A DNA stretch of 64,000 bases from a virus (Duplodnaviria > Caudoviricetes), in the IMG/VR virus record IMGVR_UViG_3300042935_001404; one strand, written 5' to 3'. Every line of letters begins with the position of its first letter. Positions within the stretch are counted from its first letter, which is position 1. Made by a program: the position numbers and the translations under genes. Below, piece by piece: positions 19,371-29,400 of this stretch. The notes below the pieces were generated by a model. That model saw nothing but the letters and a program-made list of their open reading frames with translations, ran no database searches and was not told the origin of the DNA.

Positions 19371-20123
19371 ATGATAAATAATAATATGCGTAAGGATTAT
19401 AGAAAAATATATATCACCAATCACGGGACGATCCCAATTGATACCAATGGGCGTAGTTATGACATACATCATATTGATGGTAATCATGAGAATAATGATC
19501 CTACAAACTTAGTAGCAGTGTCAATACAAGAACATTATGATATACATTATTCTCAAAAAGACTGGGGTGCTTGCCACAAAATAAGTTTACGTATGAAATT
19601 ATCTCCTGAGGAACTGTCTCAACTAGCAACTAACAGCAACCTAGAAAGAGTTCAAAACGGTACTCATCCGTGGGTAGGTGGCGATCTGAGTAGAAAAAGA
19701 GTTGCAAATGGCACACATAACTTTTTAGGAGCCAGCAATCCAGTACACAAAAAAATAGCAGACGGCACTCATCACTGGTTTGACGGTAGAAAATCAAGCG
19801 AAACACAGCGCAAGTTACTAACCGACGGAACCCATCACTTCTTGGGAGAAAATCATCCATCACGTGTTAGAGCCAGCAACGGAACTCATCACTTTTTTGG
19901 TGGTGATATGCAAAGAAAAACTCAGCGTAGATTAGTCGAAGAAGGAACTCATCATCTATTAGGTGGCGAAATACAGCGGCAAGGAAATATTAAAGCATTA
20001 CAGGCAGGTAGGCATCCTTCACAGATCAAAAAAACTTGTGAGCATTGTAATAATGTATATTCAATAGGCATGTATAACCGGTGGCATGGGGATAAATGCA
20101 AGGCAACAAATCTTACTAAATAG
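19371..20123 (+). CDS. Free-standing HNH homing endonuclease with GTH repeats (start may be 19386)
   Basis: YDIHHIDGNHENNDPTNLVAVSIQEH (HNH); six GTH(H/N/P) repeats; C-terminal CEHC...RWHGDKCK. Confidence 0.8.
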   Translation: MINNNMRKDYRKIYITNHGTIPIDTNGRSYDIHHIDGNHENNDPTNLVAVSIQEHYDIHYSQKDWGACHKISLRMKLSPEELSQLATNSNLERVQNGTHPWVGGDLSRKRVANGTHNFLGASNPVHKKIADGTHHWFDGRKSSETQRKLLTDGTHHFLGENHPSRVRASNGTHHFFGGDMQRKTQRRLVEEGTHHLLGGEIQRQGNIKALQAGRHPSQIKKTCEHCNNVYSIGMYNRWHGDKCKATNLTK

Positions 20124-20129
20124 TAGACT

Positions 20130-21434
20130 ATGCCAAAACTTTCCATGTATAGGCCAAACAGGACGGCCGACTATCGATTTTTAGATCGAACTATTTCAGA
20201 AATGTTCACTATTGGCGGTTTGGATATTTTCATCCACAAATATCTCGGCCCAGCAACTGGCGACCCCGGTGATGCAGATGCCACGCTTCCTGTTTACGAA
20301 ACTTCAAATCCCTTGTTTATTGAGGATTTATTGTTGTTAGAAAATCGTGATCGTCAATATGATCCAGATGTGTATGTACAACGCGGTGTGTATCGTGTGG
20401 CAGACATTGACTTTGATCTTACACAATTTGGCTTGTTTTTGAACAACGACACTTTATTCATCACTTTTTCCTACAACGACATGATTGACACCATTGGGCG
20501 TAAACTCATGTCAGGTGACGTGATAGAAATTCCCAACCTAAAAGATTATCATCCCTTAGACAAAAGTTTGGCCAAAGCATTGCCTCGCTGGTATGTGATC
20601 CAGGATGCGGCCTTTGCTTCAGAAGGTTTTAGTCAAACTTGGCTGCCGCACTTATGGCGTGTGAAGGCCACTCCAATGGTCAATGCTCAAGAATACAACA
20701 GCATTACCAAACAGGCATTTGAACCCAACAACATCTGGGATCCCGGCAACTATTATCCTGCCGGCACTGTTGTGAACAATGGCGACAAGTACTACACTGC
20801 CAACACCAATGTTCCGCCTGGCACAGACATAACCAATACTGCCTACTGGACCGAAAAGACTCCAGATACCATTGCAGGAAAAACTTCTACTCGCACAAAA
20901 GACCTAGAACTGAACGATGCAATTTTGGTACAAGCCGATGTTGAAGTTCCACTAACTGGATACGATACAGTAAAGTTTTATATTCTTCCCACAGCAGAAG
21001 ATGGACAACCTGCACAATCAGGCCTAACAGCAGACGAAACGCCACCCACAGTGGATGGTACTCAAGGTGGTGAAGGTACTACACCACGTTCAGATGGCTA
21101 CACAATTGGCTACTTGACTGGCGATGGCATTGCGCCAAACGGATTGCCTGTGACTCCGGGTGTTAGTTTTCCAGCATCGCCAGCAGTTGGCGATTATGCC
21201 TTGCGATTGGATTACTTTCCAAATCGCCTGTTCCGTTACAATGGCGCATCATGGGTCAAGATTGAAGACAGTGTTCGTATCAAACCAGTGTTTGAGTCCG
21301 AAGGTCCGGCAGCGTCACAACGAGCCAGTTTTGTCAACAATAGAAACACAGTACAGACCACTGACCGTGGTGCTATTCCAAGTCGTCAGAGTCTCAGTGA
21401 CCTACTCAAACCCAATGCAGACAATGGTGGTTAA
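20130..21434 (+). CDS. Neck/head-closure protein (T4 gp14-like) with an inserted carbohydrate-binding-like module
   Basis: LLLLENRDRQYD, FDLTQFGLF, GDVIEIP and WLPHLWRVK; WDPGNYYPAGTVVNNGDKYYTA...PPG resembles CBM5/12. Confidence 0.7.
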   Translation: MPKLSMYRPNRTADYRFLDRTISEMFTIGGLDIFIHKYLGPATGDPGDADATLPVYETSNPLFIEDLLLLENRDRQYDPDVYVQRGVYRVADIDFDLTQFGLFLNNDTLFITFSYNDMIDTIGRKLMSGDVIEIPNLKDYHPLDKSLAKALPRWYVIQDAAFASEGFSQTWLPHLWRVKATPMVNAQEYNSITKQAFEPNNIWDPGNYYPAGTVVNNGDKYYTANTNVPPGTDITNTAYWTEKTPDTIAGKTSTRTKDLELNDAILVQADVEVPLTGYDTVKFYILPTAEDGQPAQSGLTADETPPTVDGTQGGEGTTPRSDGYTIGYLTGDGIAPNGLPVTPGVSFPASPAVGDYALRLDYFPNRLFRYNGASWVKIEDSVRIKPVFESEGPAASQRASFVNNRNTVQTTDRGAIPSRQSLSDLLKPNADNGG

Positions 21435-21440
21435 ACAACA

Positions 21441-22853
21441 ATGACAACACAAAATTCAGCAGAAAATCCATATTTTTTCTATGACGAACAAATCCGTCGC
21501 TTTTTGCTACAGTTCACAAGAATCTTTTCAAACTTTCAAATTGAATACGGACGCAACGAAGAAGGAACAGCACACACGCTGGTACGTGTGCCCATACGCT
21601 ACGGTGATTCTAGCAGACAAGTACAAACCATCATGCAGAACAACTCTGCCAGTTTCATGACATCTGTGCCCATGATGAGTTTTTACATTTCTGGATTTGA
21701 CTACGATCGTCCCAGAATGCAAGAGCCATACTATGTCAGCAACATTGCTGTGCGTCAACGCACCTACGATGATGTCACTGACACCTACGAAACCACACAG
21801 GGCAATGCGTTTACCATTGAACGCTTGATGCCTGTTCCATACAAACTCACACTCAAGCTGGACATATGGACCAGCAATACCAATCAAAAGATGCAGTTGT
21901 TGGAACAGATTGTGGTGTTGTTTAACCCGGCATTGGAAATTCAAAGCACAGACAACTATCTTGATTGGACCAGTTTGAGCATTGTTGAACTGGAATCAAC
22001 ACAGTGGACCAGCCGGTCAGTTCCGGTTGGCACAGAAGATCCCATTGACATTTGTACAATGACATTTACCCTGCCAATTTGGATCAGTAGTCCAGCCAAG
22101 GTCAAGAAACTGGGTGTGGTCGAGCGTATCATTGCCAACATATATAATGCCCAAGGTGATGCGTCAAATGCAGTGCTCGACAACGACTTACTGTTGGGCA
22201 CACGTATAGTGATCACTCCTTGGGATTATCAAACCTTGTTGATTGGCAACAAGTTGCAGGCTCTGCGTCCCAGTGCTGTAGTTGATGAATCTAATGCCAG
22301 TTTGACACCACCAGATTCGCCACCCAGCAATTTGTTATGGACAGCATTGGTTGGGGTCTACGGAGTGCTACGGCCTGGCATCAGTCAGATCTTTTTAGAG
22401 CAACCTGACGGCACTGAAGTTGCCGGAACCATTGCTTATGACCCATCCGATGATCGATTTATGCTGTATACTATAGATGAAGACACTGTTCCACAAAATA
22501 CCTTGTCGCCTGTACGTTCAGTGATTGATCCACTGCGCAGTGGACCAAACGAAGGATTACCTGTGCCGGTCGAAGGACAACGGTATTTGTTAACTGAAGA
22601 CACTGGCAGTGACAATGGCTACGCTGTGGCTTGGCAAGGCACGCTAGGACAACCGCTGATTGCTCGAAAGAACGACATCATTGAATACCTAGATGGTCGT
22701 TGGCAAGTGGTTTTTGAAAATAATTCTAGTCCTGACAACCTACAATACGTAACTAATATAACAACTGGAATTCAATACAAATGGACAGGCACAACATGGG
22801 TCAAGAGCTATCAAGGATTATATCCAGGAGGCCAATGGAGAATAGTACTGTAA
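21441..22853 (+). CDS. Tail sheath stabiliser/terminator (T4 gp15-like)
   Basis: FFYDEQIRRF, VPIRYG, MPVPY, QLLEQIVVLFNP and FTLPIWISSP motifs. Confidence 0.8.
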   Translation: MTTQNSAENPYFFYDEQIRRFLLQFTRIFSNFQIEYGRNEEGTAHTLVRVPIRYGDSSRQVQTIMQNNSASFMTSVPMMSFYISGFDYDRPRMQEPYYVSNIAVRQRTYDDVTDTYETTQGNAFTIERLMPVPYKLTLKLDIWTSNTNQKMQLLEQIVVLFNPALEIQSTDNYLDWTSLSIVELESTQWTSRSVPVGTEDPIDICTMTFTLPIWISSPAKVKKLGVVERIIANIYNAQGDASNAVLDNDLLLGTRIVITPWDYQTLLIGNKLQALRPSAVVDESNASLTPPDSPPSNLLWTALVGVYGVLRPGISQIFLEQPDGTEVAGTIAYDPSDDRFMLYTIDEDTVPQNTLSPVRSVIDPLRSGPNEGLPVPVEGQRYLLTEDTGSDNGYAVAWQGTLGQPLIARKNDIIEYLDGRWQVVFENNSSPDNLQYVTNITTGIQYKWTGTTWVKSYQGLYPGGQWRIVL

Positions 22854-23275
22854 ATGCTGTGGGCGTTTGGTTCTACAGTGTGAGCACACAACGATATTTG
22901 TATCTGTTGCGCAACGACTCACGTCACCCAGACTCGTGGGGGTTGCCTGGCGGCAAATTTGAAGCCAATGAAACACTAATCGAAGCAATGACACGCGAGT
23001 GTACCGAAGAACTGGGGCACATGCCCGAGTATTTGCGACTGGTTCCTATTGAAAAGTTCACCAGTGCTGATGGTGGATTTGCCTATCACACATTTTTCTG
23101 TAGCGTTGCTAAAGAATTTACACCTGTGTTGAACGATGAACACATTGGCTGGGCCTGGATCACATCCGGAACATGGCCTAGACCCATGCATCCTGGCCTG
23201 TGGTCAACTGTGAATTTTGATGCTGTTCGTGACAAAATGGCCACTGTGGAACACAGTATTCAGATATCGCAGTGA
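22835..23275 (+). CDS. Nudix hydrolase
   Basis: Nudix box GGKFEANETLIEAMTRECTEELG; AGGAGG RBS before the ATG at 22835. Confidence 0.9.
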   Translation: MENSTVNAVGVWFYSVSTQRYLYLLRNDSRHPDSWGLPGGKFEANETLIEAMTRECTEELGHMPEYLRLVPIEKFTSADGGFAYHTFFCSVAKEFTPVLNDEHIGWAWITSGTWPRPMHPGLWSTVNFDAVRDKMATVEHSIQISQ

Positions 23276-23925
23276 CTTATAAATGGACGATAGTTCAAGC
23301 AAGCAACATTGGCATTCATACGCCATGCTTTGGGAATATTGGACTCTTCACCAATGAATGTAAACTTAGTTGACGGATACGCTGTTATTACTCCGTTTAC
23401 ATGTGCCAACCATTCACTCACAGTTCCAACTGTGTCGTTGGTGTAACCCAGTGCATAAATTTCTTTATGCCCGTCAAATGCTGCCATCCATAACACCAGA
23501 GCTTCTAGTGCTATGAGTGTGTTGTAGGGAATTAGATAAAATTCTCCCGGATGCATTAAACAGGTTCGAGTGCTACCGTACACAATATTGTCATTTACAT
23601 ACCCAGATTCAACCAGTTCGTCGATGATGATTTTATCAATTTCCACTGCAAAGTTCAATCGCATCTCTTTAGCAATTGTACCTGTGCCGTATGTCTGTAA
23701 CTTTTTTGAACTTAACAAGCCACCTTTATGACGTTGTAGTCTTGAATAATCAAATAAGTTACGATCTACATTGCTACCAATGCAGGCAGCGCGGCCACTG
23801 ATGTGCTGGTTGTCAATCGGATTGGCTACCCATTCTCTGTTTTGTGTTTTTTTGCCACCGCTCCATCGGCTTTCGGTGATTACAAATTCACCTTCGTAGT
23901 CTGCTCTATATCGTTCTTGTATCAT
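23260..23925 (-). CDS. Hypothetical protein, divergent relative of 36821-37408 (MptE/DUF115-like)
   Basis: ACIGS..., KLQTYGT and AAFDGHKEIYALGY parallel VLGNG, VYGCNA and AAKDQHGRIYLIGFD in the other gene. Confidence 0.5.
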   Translation of the reverse strand: MIQERYRADYEGEFVITESRWSGGKKTQNREWVANPIDNQHISGRAACIGSNVDRNLFDYSRLQRHKGGLLSSKKLQTYGTGTIAKEMRLNFAVEIDKIIIDELVESGYVNDNIVYGSTRTCLMHPGEFYLIPYNTLIALEALVLWMAAFDGHKEIYALGYTNDTVGTVSEWLAHVNGVITAYPSTKFTFIGEESNIPKAWRMNANVACLNYRPFISHCDI

Positions 23926-25526
23926 AATCGTCCTACTGCAACTTCAATGGTCACAACTTCATTAGATTTGATGTTTTCCAATGATTTTCCAACCACACAT
24001 CCAGGTTTGAATTTTGATGTTTTTATGGCCATGGCTGTTCCAGGAGTGTCTCCTGTTACCAACACAGTGCCTTTGGTTACAGGTCCTTGAACCAGGCAAG
24101 GAACACGACCAGTCAATGCTACAGGCAATATCCATTCTCCTGACTGTCCAGCATTCATTAAATAACTTGGGTTAGTTGATATAATTCCTGCCACTGCGGT
24201 GTTGTGATTTTTATTGCTGATGGTGATTTCTTTGTCACCGCCAAATACTACCACTGTGCCGGGAGCATAGTCAGCATCGGCTTCATAGTTTTCTGCCAAG
24301 TCAGCATACTGTGCTGAGGTGGCCTTGGCAAAAACAGTGTTGAAGTATGTTGTTGCTGATCCAATATTACCTACCCCATTACCGTTGGCGTTGACAATAT
24401 TACCAACAGTGATGTTGCCTGTTGACACAGTCAAACTGCTACCAGTAATTGCGGCACCAGTAATGGCACCGGTTGCACTGATCAATCCACCTGTTAATAC
24501 GTTGCCACCGGTGATGGTACCAGTAGCGGAAATTGCACCTGCAACCGTTAATAGTGTTGATGGATCAAGGGAAAAAGTACCAATACCAACGAGACCATCG
24601 TTTCTAACTATCATTCCATTACCAATCGCAGTGTACACCTGCAAGGCAGCTTGACTGCCAGACGAACCTGATAAATCTACTCTTAATCCATAAGCCCCTG
24701 CTGTGTAATTTTTAAAATCTCCTGTCCAATCAGCAATAGTTTGAACCGTTTGAAATTTAACACTTGGTGAGCTTGTCCCAATGCCTACACTGCCGCTTGT
24801 AGTTAAGTTACCACCTGTGACAGTACCAGTTGCACTGATCAATCCGCCTGTTAATACATTGCTACCCGTAACATTTCCCGAAGTAATCGATCCGGTGGTG
24901 CTTATGGTATTGCTACCAAACGCAGCCATAAATGTTGCTACGTTACTATTGCCATATGTTGCTGGTAAACCTGTTAGTTGACTACCATTGCCCAGGATGT
25001 AATTGCCAGTTATATTGCCTGTAGCACTTACTGCACCGTTTGTGTAAAGAGTTGTGCCATTCCATGTTAGATCAGGTGATCCGCCCATGGTTCCGGCATT
25101 GTTGTACTGTATTTGTGTGTTGGATCCGCCAATTTGACTCAGTATGTTAATTACAAAAGTCAATGCAGTAGTACCAATAATAATTGGATTATCGGTGGTT
25201 AATTTCCATTGGGTGTCGTGGTATAAAGACCCTTCGGTAACCATCACAATCATGCCGGCTTGTACTTCGCCGTTTTCGTTGCCGTCAGTTGTGCGAAGCC
25301 ATATGCCGTTGGCACCTGTGCCCACGGAGGATACAAAATACAGGCCATTTTGGCTGGCCGTGTTTTGTCCAGTTACCAAAACTCGATCGTCTTCTGCCAG
25401 GTTAACTCCGTCAACTTGACTTGGGGCTCCGCCGGCTAGTGTAACATCGCTGACTGTGATTACACGAGTTGCTTGTTTGTAATCTATATCAAAAATCTGC
25501 GAGGCACGCGGTTTAGTTAATCCCAT
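23922..25526 (-). CDS. Fibre protein with SATGNITGGN-type repeats and a C-terminal chaperone-like domain
   Basis: VDGVNLAEDDRVLVTGQ...NGLY module; Gly/Thr/Asn repeats; C-terminal SAQYADLAENY...GRVPC...GKSLE...EVAVGR. Confidence 0.75.
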   Translation of the reverse strand: MGLTKPRASQIFDIDYKQATRVITVSDVTLAGGAPSQVDGVNLAEDDRVLVTGQNTASQNGLYFVSSVGTGANGIWLRTTDGNENGEVQAGMIVMVTEGSLYHDTQWKLTTDNPIIIGTTALTFVINILSQIGGSNTQIQYNNAGTMGGSPDLTWNGTTLYTNGAVSATGNITGNYILGNGSQLTGLPATYGNSNVATFMAAFGSNTISTTGSITSGNVTGSNVLTGGLISATGTVTGGNLTTSGSVGIGTSSPSVKFQTVQTIADWTGDFKNYTAGAYGLRVDLSGSSGSQAALQVYTAIGNGMIVRNDGLVGIGTFSLDPSTLLTVAGAISATGTITGGNVLTGGLISATGAITGAAITGSSLTVSTGNITVGNIVNANGNGVGNIGSATTYFNTVFAKATSAQYADLAENYEADADYAPGTVVVFGGDKEITISNKNHNTAVAGIISTNPSYLMNAGQSGEWILPVALTGRVPCLVQGPVTKGTVLVTGDTPGTAMAIKTSKFKPGCVVGKSLENIKSNEVVTIEVAVGRL

Positions 25527-25558
25527 TGTTCATCCATTGTTATATGATATTTAGTCAA

Positions 25559-25587
25559 AAAAATAGGACTACAAAAGTCCTATTTTT
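25559..25587. terminator. Intrinsic terminator hairpin
   Basis: aaaaataggact-acaaa-agtcctattttt, a 12-bp inverted repeat. Confidence 0.7.
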
Positions 25588-25604
25588 GAGTTTAAAACTG
25601 TTTT

Positions 25605-26381
25605 TTAAAACGGTGTTGTTCCAGTCTGTGCAACTGTGCCGTTGTTGGTAACAGTTTGTGTGCCGCTTGTGTCTGTGGTCACTACTGCACCCAACATCAA
25701 GTATTCAGTGTTGGCACCTGCTGTCAACGGTGCTACTGGTGCAGTGATTGTGGCACTGTTGCTGTCGTACACAGCCGCACCAATGGTCGCTCTGAAATTG
25801 GTAATAAATCCTGGAAAATATCCACCATAGTATCTACCTACCCAGTTGCTGTTGCCCCAACTTTGACTGTCAGTTTGTGTGCCACCGCTAGGACTGCTGC
25901 CACCTGAAGCGCCGGTTGCTCGAGCACAGGTCACTGTTGAATAGTTGTCAACAAATGTACCAATCCACATGGTTTCTAGATTAGTGCTGGCATTGCGATT
26001 CAGCACTATGTATTGCCACTTGTTAGTTTGCAATGTTGCTGCTGGCCAAGTATAACCAGGTTGATATCCTCCACCATATCTATCCAGAGTAATAGTGGCA
26101 TCATCGCTAGTAAACAGACTCATGCCCACACTTTGATCAGTGGCCAGCAATCCTTTGTTAGTAAATCCACCGGTGTTGTAGAACCAGCCTTCTATGGTAA
26201 ATGCATCGGCGGCAGGAGTCATACCCGGGGACATTGAGAGATATTGGCTTGAGCCGTTGAAACTCAAACTGCCGGCAAGAGGTGTGTATAAATCTACTGG
26301 TGGAGGTGGTGGCGCACCCATACTCCACCCGGGTCCTATACTCCATCCTGCTCCAATTTTTATTCCTAATGGCGGTGCCAT
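25605..26381 (-). CDS. LamG/concanavalin-A-like lectin-domain protein
   Basis: GSLSFNGSSQYL, FTIEGWFY, WQYIVLNR and FPGFITNFRATIG...Y motifs. Confidence 0.75.
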   Translation of the reverse strand: MAPPLGIKIGAGWSIGPGWSMGAPPPPPVDLYTPLAGSLSFNGSSQYLSMSPGMTPAADAFTIEGWFYNTGGFTNKGLLATDQSVGMSLFTSDDATITLDRYGGGYQPGYTWPAATLQTNKWQYIVLNRNASTNLETMWIGTFVDNYSTVTCARATGASGGSSPSGGTQTDSQSWGNSNWVGRYYGGYFPGFITNFRATIGAAVYDSNSATITAPVAPLTAGANTEYLMLGAVVTTDTSGTQTVTNNGTVAQTGTTPF

Positions 26382-26402
26382 GTTATATTCCTTTGTCTAT
26401 AT

Positions 26403-26431
26403 AAAAAGATAGGGCCCAAAGACCCTATCTT
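26403..26431 (-). terminator. Intrinsic terminator after the giant fibre gene
   Basis: Minus strand aagatagggtc-tttg-ggccctatctt followed by a T-tract. Confidence 0.65.
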
Positions 26432-26453
26432 GTTGCTTGCTTATTTACACAGT

Positions 26454-29400
26454 TTAGTTGCGACCAATTACCACTTCAATTGTGCCTTCAGCACCGCTAA
26501 AGTTTTCCAGGGCCTTGCCAATGATACTGCCTGCACGAGCTGAGTTATCCACTCGGGCTGCACCGTTGCCGGCTGCCACCATCATGTCACCTTTGGCCAC
26601 TGGTCCAACAACTCTACATGGTACGCGACCTTGCAGTGCCACCATTGCCACGTGTTCTGCAGTTAATCCAGCATTCATGATGTAACTTGGGTTAGTACTC
26701 ACAACACCTGCTACTCTAGTTGAGCCTGCTTCTGTGGACAGCGTAACTTCTTTGTCGCCGCCAAACTCTAACACAGTACCCGGTGCGTACTCTGCGTCTG
26801 CTTCGTACTTCTCTGCCAAGTCAGCGTATTGCGCACTTGTTGCTTTGGCAAATACTGTGTTGAAGTAAACACTAGAACTACCAATGTTACCTATGCCGTT
26901 GCCGTTAGCGTTAACAATGTTACCACCAGTAATAGTACCTGTTCCAACTGTCAAGTTACCACCTGCAATGTTGCCAGTTGCACTTACAATACCTGCTGTG
27001 GTTAGGTTGGCACCTGTTACATTGCCAGTGCCCATACTAACACTATTACCACTTGAGGTAATTGTTGCAGAACCTAATTTAATACTGTTACCAGATAGAT
27101 ATAAATCTCTCCAGGCCTGTGTTTCACTGCCCAAGTCGTATGTGACGTTGGCACTTGGTAACAAGTTACCGCCAAGTGTCAAGCCAACTGTGGTAAACAC
27201 TGCCACATTGCTTGTGCCGCCAATTGTGATGTTGGCATTGCCACTGGCTGATTGGATATCAAAGCTGGTTGTACCGTTTTGGATACGATCGCCTAGAATG
27301 TTGCCTTGCAATGTTGCGTTGCCACTCACAGTCAAGTTACCTTGGATATCTACCAGTCCAGGGCTAATGGTCATCACTGTTGTGCCGGCTACATTACCGC
27401 GGATGTTGCCTCCACTGGAGACAACTGCCATATTTGATGTGCCGTTGGTGATAGCAGTGCTGTTGATGTTTCCACCTAAAATTGTTCCGTTTACACTCAA
27501 GTCACCTGTAACGTTAACCAGTGCAGCCGTTTCACTTGTTGCTACAATTGCGTTGCCGGCAGCGTTTGAGATGCTGTTGACACTGGTAGTAGTGGTAAAC
27601 ATACGCACATCAATTACGTCGCCTGCGGCAGGTGCTTCAGTAAACGTCAATGTAGTGGTACTGATTGAGTACGCTGTGGTTGGAATCTGTTGAACACCGT
27701 TGATTGCAACAATAGCACCAGCAGTGGTTGAGGCCTGCGTCAAGGTGAATGCTACAGTTGAACCATCACCGTTGAACTGATTGTCAGCAACAACTGTAAA
27801 CGCCGGAGTACCAACTGTTTCCCATCCTGTTGAGGCGTATTGTTCTAAACTATCAACTGATGTGTTGTAACGCAACATACCAACAACGCCTGTTGGACGC
27901 TGTGCTGTGTTACCAACTGGGAACAGTACGGAGTTTGTGGCATTAACTGCCAGTATAGCCCCAGTGGTCTGTGTTGCACTGCCAATACTGACGGTGTCTG
28001 TCCCTGCATCCACAAACAACAAGTTGGCAACAGTGTCACCATTCACAGCAAAGTTTACATCGGCCAGCGCAGAGTTGATGTTGACAACGCCGCCGCCTGC
28101 ATCAGTGATATCATCACCTGAAATTACAATGTTGCCAAACTTGCCCGATGTTGCAATCACGTTGCCAGCAGTAACATTACCTGTAGCACTTACAATACCA
28201 CCTGTTATTATGTTTCCACCTGTTACATTAGCAGTAGCACTTACTGTGGTGGCTTCTATATTACCAATAAATGTTTGACCGGTTACGTTACCAGTAGCAC
28301 TTACAGTAGTGGCTTCTATATTACCAATAAATGTTTGACCGGTTACGTTACCAACAGCACTTACATTGCCTGCTGTGGCATTGCCTGTTGAACTTACTGT
28401 GCCGCCTGTGGCCAAATTGCCACCTGTTACTGTGCCGTTTGCACTCACAGTGCCAGTTACGTCTATGCCACCTGTGGTAAACACCACTACATTACTTGTG
28501 CCACCAATTGTGACATTGGCGTTGCCGTTTGTGGCAGTTGTGATATTGGTGTTACCGTTGATCAACGCTATTGCAGAATCAGCACTAACACCAGTCAGTT
28601 GTGAACCGTTGCCAATGAAGAAACTACCAGCGCCTGCAGTGATGTTGCCTACGGTGCTTACAGTACCACCTGTGGCAACATTGCCCAAGGTAGCAGTGCC
28701 TGTACTACTGATTATTCCGCCGGTGATCAAGTTGCCGCCGGTGATATTGCCGGTGCCAGAAATGTCACCACCTGCACCACTGGTTAAGATATTGCCACCT
28801 GTGATATTGCCTGTGGCACTGATCAATCCACCTGTGTTGACATTACCCAGTGTGGCAGTTCCTGTAGAACTTACAGTGCCACCTGTTTCTAAATTGCCAC
28901 CTTTGATATTGCCAGTAGCACTGATGCTTACTGTGTCAAAATTACCATTGGATGTGATGTTGCCAGCAGTTAAGTTTCCAGTGGCACTTACAAGTCCACC
29001 TGTGTTGACATTACCAAATGTACCTGTTCCGGTTGAACTTACAATGCCGCCGGTTAGGACATTACCAGCGTCTACGTTGCCTGTGGCAGTTAAACTTGTG
29101 CCAGTTGCCGCACCAATATTTGGTGTTGTCAGCACAGCACTGGCTGGAATGATCAACTGGTTACTGCCGTTAATGCCAATTGTGGCATTGGCAGAACCAT
29201 CAGTGTTGACGTTGAACTGTGTGCCACTCAATGACAGCGCATTGCCTGCTGTGTACTGTCCTGCTCCTGAGAACTGTGCCCATATAATTTCTGTTGTGCC
29301 AACTATGATTGGGCTTGCACTGTTGTTGGTACATACCCAACCTGTATCAGCCAGTACATTGCCAGTTTCAACAAATGTGAACGCACCGTACATTTCATTT

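Noticed and set aside
28233-28364. CRISPR-like array
   Set aside because: The repeats are contiguous in-frame coding units without unique spacers, and no cas genes are present.
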